Virus record (IMG/VR): IMGVR_UViG_3300005964_000002
Location: 1 to 9,616 of that record
Length of the DNA stretch: 9,616 nucleotides
Strand: one strand, 5' to 3'
Every line of letters begins with the position of its first letter. Within the stretch, counting starts at the first letter, position 1. Both the position numbers and the translations under genes were made by a program. The notes below the pieces were generated by a model that saw nothing but the letters and a program-made list of their open reading frames with translations, was not told the origin of the DNA and made no database searches. Below, piece by piece: positions 7,510-9,616 of this stretch.

Positions 7510-8724
7510 ATGTCTCTTAGATTGTCTGAAGATCCCAAAGTTCATGAAACATTCAATGTATTCGATAGCCTGAAGGACAGGAAAAACTATGTCATAGCGT
7601 TTTCAGGCGGAAAAGACTCAACAACACTTTCTATTCTTTTCTATGAATGGTTAATTTCCAGGAATCAGAAGGGAAAGCATGTGTTCTTTGTTCACAATGA
7701 CACCGAGTCGGAATATGATGTTCTAGAGGATTATGCAATCAATTTCCTTCATGAGATCTGTGAAAAGATCAATGAATCGGGTAATCTATGTATAAATTAC
7801 ATTACGAAACCTAAAGGAAACTTTTACTGGAAATCTATATTTTTGGGATATGTAGCACCCACAACTAGTTTCCGCTGGTGTATTTATGACCTGAAGGTCT
7901 CACCAAATAAAAGAAGTTTAAAAAATTTAATTAAAAAATATGGTGACTTAGTACTATTCACAGGTCATAGAGAAAATGAATCGATAGCAAGAAAAGTGAC
8001 AATGAAAAAGTATTCATGTGGATTAGATTCTATGGATTGTGCAAGTGCTTTTTATCTCAATGTCTCAATGAAAAATGTAATTAAAGTGGCACCAATAAGA
8101 AAATGGGATCTTGAAGACGTTTGGAAATATTTAAGATCAAAAAGGGGAGAATTCAACATAGATACATTATTTGATGTAATGTATAAGAATACTAGTTCTA
8201 GATGGGGATGTTGGCATTGCACTCTAGTAAAAGTACAGAAAAGTGTATATAACTTAGACGAAAAATATTTTCCTCTGGAGGCTTTAAGAATACTTTACAG
8301 AACAATATCAGATCTCGAAAGATTCAGATTACGAAAAGATTGGGGATACTCGAAACTAGGCGCCCTATCGCCAAAGGGAAGAGCAATACTCATGTATGGA
8401 ACAAAAGTTATAGAAAATATAGGAATAAAATTGTATGGATTAGACTTCAAATTAGAGGGAACCCATAGCTTAAGAGAAATCATGTTTGAGCTAGATGAGG
8501 ACATAGCAGACAGGGAAGTCATGACCATAGCTAAGGAATTGAAGTCAAAGACTAGTCGTATCATTCCGATAGGTGTGCTTAGAGGACAAAGAATGACCAA
8601 AACGGATGAAGAAGTGATACTTCACATGGCGGAAAGCAATGTTTCCCTTAACGTTTTAAAAATTCATTCTACAAAGGATCATTTCAAGGATCTTGTCCAC
8701 AATATTAGAAATGAGATGAGTTAA
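7510..8724 (+). CDS. dndC: DndC/TdpC-like DNA phosphorothioation sulfurtransferase (PAPS-reductase / PP-loop adenylyltransferase fold, probable Fe-S)
   Basis: PP-loop AFSGGKDST; NDTESE; DndC-typical FYWKSIFLGYVAPTTSFRWCIYDLKVSP; TGHRENESIAR; APIRKWDLEDVWKYL; SRWGCWHCTLV; C-terminal LGALSPKGR. Confidence 0.8.
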   Translation: MSLRLSEDPKVHETFNVFDSLKDRKNYVIAFSGGKDSTTLSILFYEWLISRNQKGKHVFFVHNDTESEYDVLEDYAINFLHEICEKINESGNLCINYITKPKGNFYWKSIFLGYVAPTTSFRWCIYDLKVSPNKRSLKNLIKKYGDLVLFTGHRENESIARKVTMKKYSCGLDSMDCASAFYLNVSMKNVIKVAPIRKWDLEDVWKYLRSKRGEFNIDTLFDVMYKNTSSRWGCWHCTLVKVQKSVYNLDEKYFPLEALRILYRTISDLERFRLRKDWGYSKLGALSPKGRAILMYGTKVIENIGIKLYGLDFKLEGTHSLREIMFELDEDIADREVMTIAKELKSKTSRIIPIGVLRGQRMTKTDEEVILHMAESNVSLNVLKIHSTKDHFKDLVHNIRNEMS

Positions 8725-8730
8725 AAAAGA

Positions 8731-8988
8731 TTAGCTTGTTTTCTTATATTGCTCTATAAAATTGGCTAACCTTTTAAGAAAAACCTCAAAATTATAACTT
8801 ATATAGGGATATTTACTTGCACTTTGTAAATCCTTGTAAAAATCCTCTATATCCTCTTCTTTTAAAACCTTTGAATATGATAAAAGGTAATTAAGATAAA
8901 ACTCATCAGCACCGGTTGTTGGATGAAGATTGTATAATTCTGTTACAATTTCGTTTTTTAACTCCTTAAAGTCCTTCTTAAAATTCAT
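8731..8988 (-). CDS. Small helical hypothetical protein, 85 aa (start revised to MNFKK...)
   Basis: Shine-Dalgarno GGTGAT 6 nt upstream of the ATG at 8988; starts 2 nt after the stop of the upstream HTH gene. Confidence 0.8.
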   Translation of the reverse strand: MNFKKDFKELKNEIVTELYNLHPTTGADEFYLNYLLSYSKVLKEEDIEDFYKDLQSASKYPYISYNFEVFLKRLANFIEQYKKTS

Positions 8989-8990
8989 TT

Positions 8991-9164
8991 TTAAATCACC
9001 CAGCAATCTTCCATCATTTTCTTTACTTTTCTTTCCGAAATATTTAAAAAATTGGCTATTTGTTGAACTGTGTAGCCCTTTCGGGCTAACTCATGAGCTA
9101 TGCTTATTAAATCGACTTCATCTTGCACGTAATATTTTACGCCTTCAACTTGGACGACTCTCAT
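8991..9164 (-). CDS. 57-aa HTH DNA-binding protein, homolog of SIRV1 ORF56a / SIRV2 gp1
   Basis: Manual translation MRVVQVEGVKYYVQDEVDLISIAHELARKGYTVQQIANFLNISERKVKKMMEDCWVI*. Classic HTH (GYTVQQIANFLNISERKV), closely resembling my recollection of SIRV gp1. Not in the ORF track. Confidence 0.9.
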   Translation of the reverse strand: MRVVQVEGVKYYVQDEVDLISIAHELARKGYTVQQIANFLNISERKVKKMMEDCWVI

Positions 9165-9199
9165 TTCTGTATCACTATCATTTATCTTGTAGTCAGCCC

Positions 9200-9213
9200 T
9201 TAATAAAGTTTTC
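9200..9213 (-). promoter_or_regulatory. BRE/TATA promoter candidate for the HTH gene
   Basis: Minus strand reads GAAAACTTTATTAA, 35 nt upstream of the ATG at 9164; canonical archaeal type without GTC. Confidence 0.5.
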
Positions 9214-9263
9214 TCTATCTTTTTACCTTTATAGCTTACGCCGTTTTTCTTATAAAAATATAT

Positions 9264-9425
9264 TTAATCTTTATATTTCTTTTTTAACATTCTAATTAAT
9301 TCTTCTTCTTCAATCCGTTTCATTTCCTGTCTTAATTCCAATAAGAAAAAGAGAAATAATAACTCATAAAAAAATCCAACAATAACTATAAGCCATGTTG
9401 GATCTAGTGATGCATTTAAATCCAT
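9264..9425 (-). CDS. 53-aa single-pass membrane protein with charged C-terminal helix
   Basis: Manual translation MDLNASLDPTWLIVIVGFFYELLFLFFLLELRQEMKRIEEEELIRMLKKKYKD*; Shine-Dalgarno GAGGT upstream. Not in the ORF track. Confidence 0.75.
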   Translation of the reverse strand: MDLNASLDPTWLIVIVGFFYELLFLFFLLELRQEMKRIEEEELIRMLKKKYKD

Positions 9426-9440
9426 ATTTTCATACCTCAG

Positions 9441-9616
9441 TTATACTTTTTCATTAATAATTTTATCTAACTTATGATTGAATTTTGCTTTTATCTCATC
9501 AGGACTCAGCAATTGATAGACTTCATCACTGAGAAGTTCAGATATTATATCTATGTTTTTTTCTTCTAAATTTTCAAAAATACACTCGTCCAGATATCGA
9601 TCTTCATTAAGTATAT
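9441..9616 (-). CDS. C-terminal part of an acidic hypothetical protein (starts outside the window)
   Basis: Open frame ...ILNEDRYLDECIFENLEEKNIDIISELLSDEVYQLLSPDEIKAKFNHKLDKIINEKV* ends in TAA at 9443-9441, just before the next gene's Shine-Dalgarno. Confidence 0.7.
   Translation of the reverse strand, partial: ILNEDRYLDECIFENLEEKNIDIISELLSDEVYQLLSPDEIKAKFNHKLDKIINEKV

Noticed and set aside
8295-8600. 101-aa minus-strand ORF
   Set aside because: Antisense shadow of the DndC-like gene.
7510-8724. Ordinary sulfate-assimilation PAPS reductase (cysH)
   Set aside because: Its length and the GYxAP..FRWC and SRxGCWxCT motifs fit the DndC clade, and no sulfur-assimilation genes are nearby. Phylogeny is still needed.
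9073-9088. TAGCCC-GAAA-GGGCTA tetraloop hairpin on the minus strand as an ncRNA
   Set aside because: It lies inside the HTH coding sequence (LARKGY) and has only a 6-bp stem.
8930-9295. 121-aa plus-strand ORF
   Set aside because: Overlaps three better-supported minus-strand genes, including the gp1-like HTH.
1-9616. Avoidance or enrichment of typical PT/restriction motifs (GATC, GGCC)
   Set aside because: Rough by-eye counts (about 20 GATC, about 4 GGCC) are near expectation for this base composition, so no target motif can be inferred.

Overview
AT-rich (about 25% GC by spot counts) segment of an archaeal rod-shaped virus (Rudiviridae, SIRV-like, Sulfolobales host), probably approaching one genome end. 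The first 5 kb is the rudiviral core block: the 3' end of a large structural gene, a repeat-rich minor virion protein gene split by one in-frame TAA, a SAM methyltransferase, a conserved 309-aa protein and two glycosyltransferases. Next comes an APC-type transporter plus TGT/DpdA-like transglycosylase operon. After that is a GC-richer, stand-alone DndC/TdpC-like gene (DNA phosphorothioation family) that carries the same viral GTC promoter signature as the core genes. The window ends with small inward-facing genes, including a SIRV gp1-like HTH gene missed by the ORF track. The best candidate for a new system is a virus-encoded DNA-modification cassette combining a backbone phosphorothioation enzyme with a 7-deazaguanine transglycosylase. 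Family assignments come from motif reading and recalled rudivirus gene order, not database searches.
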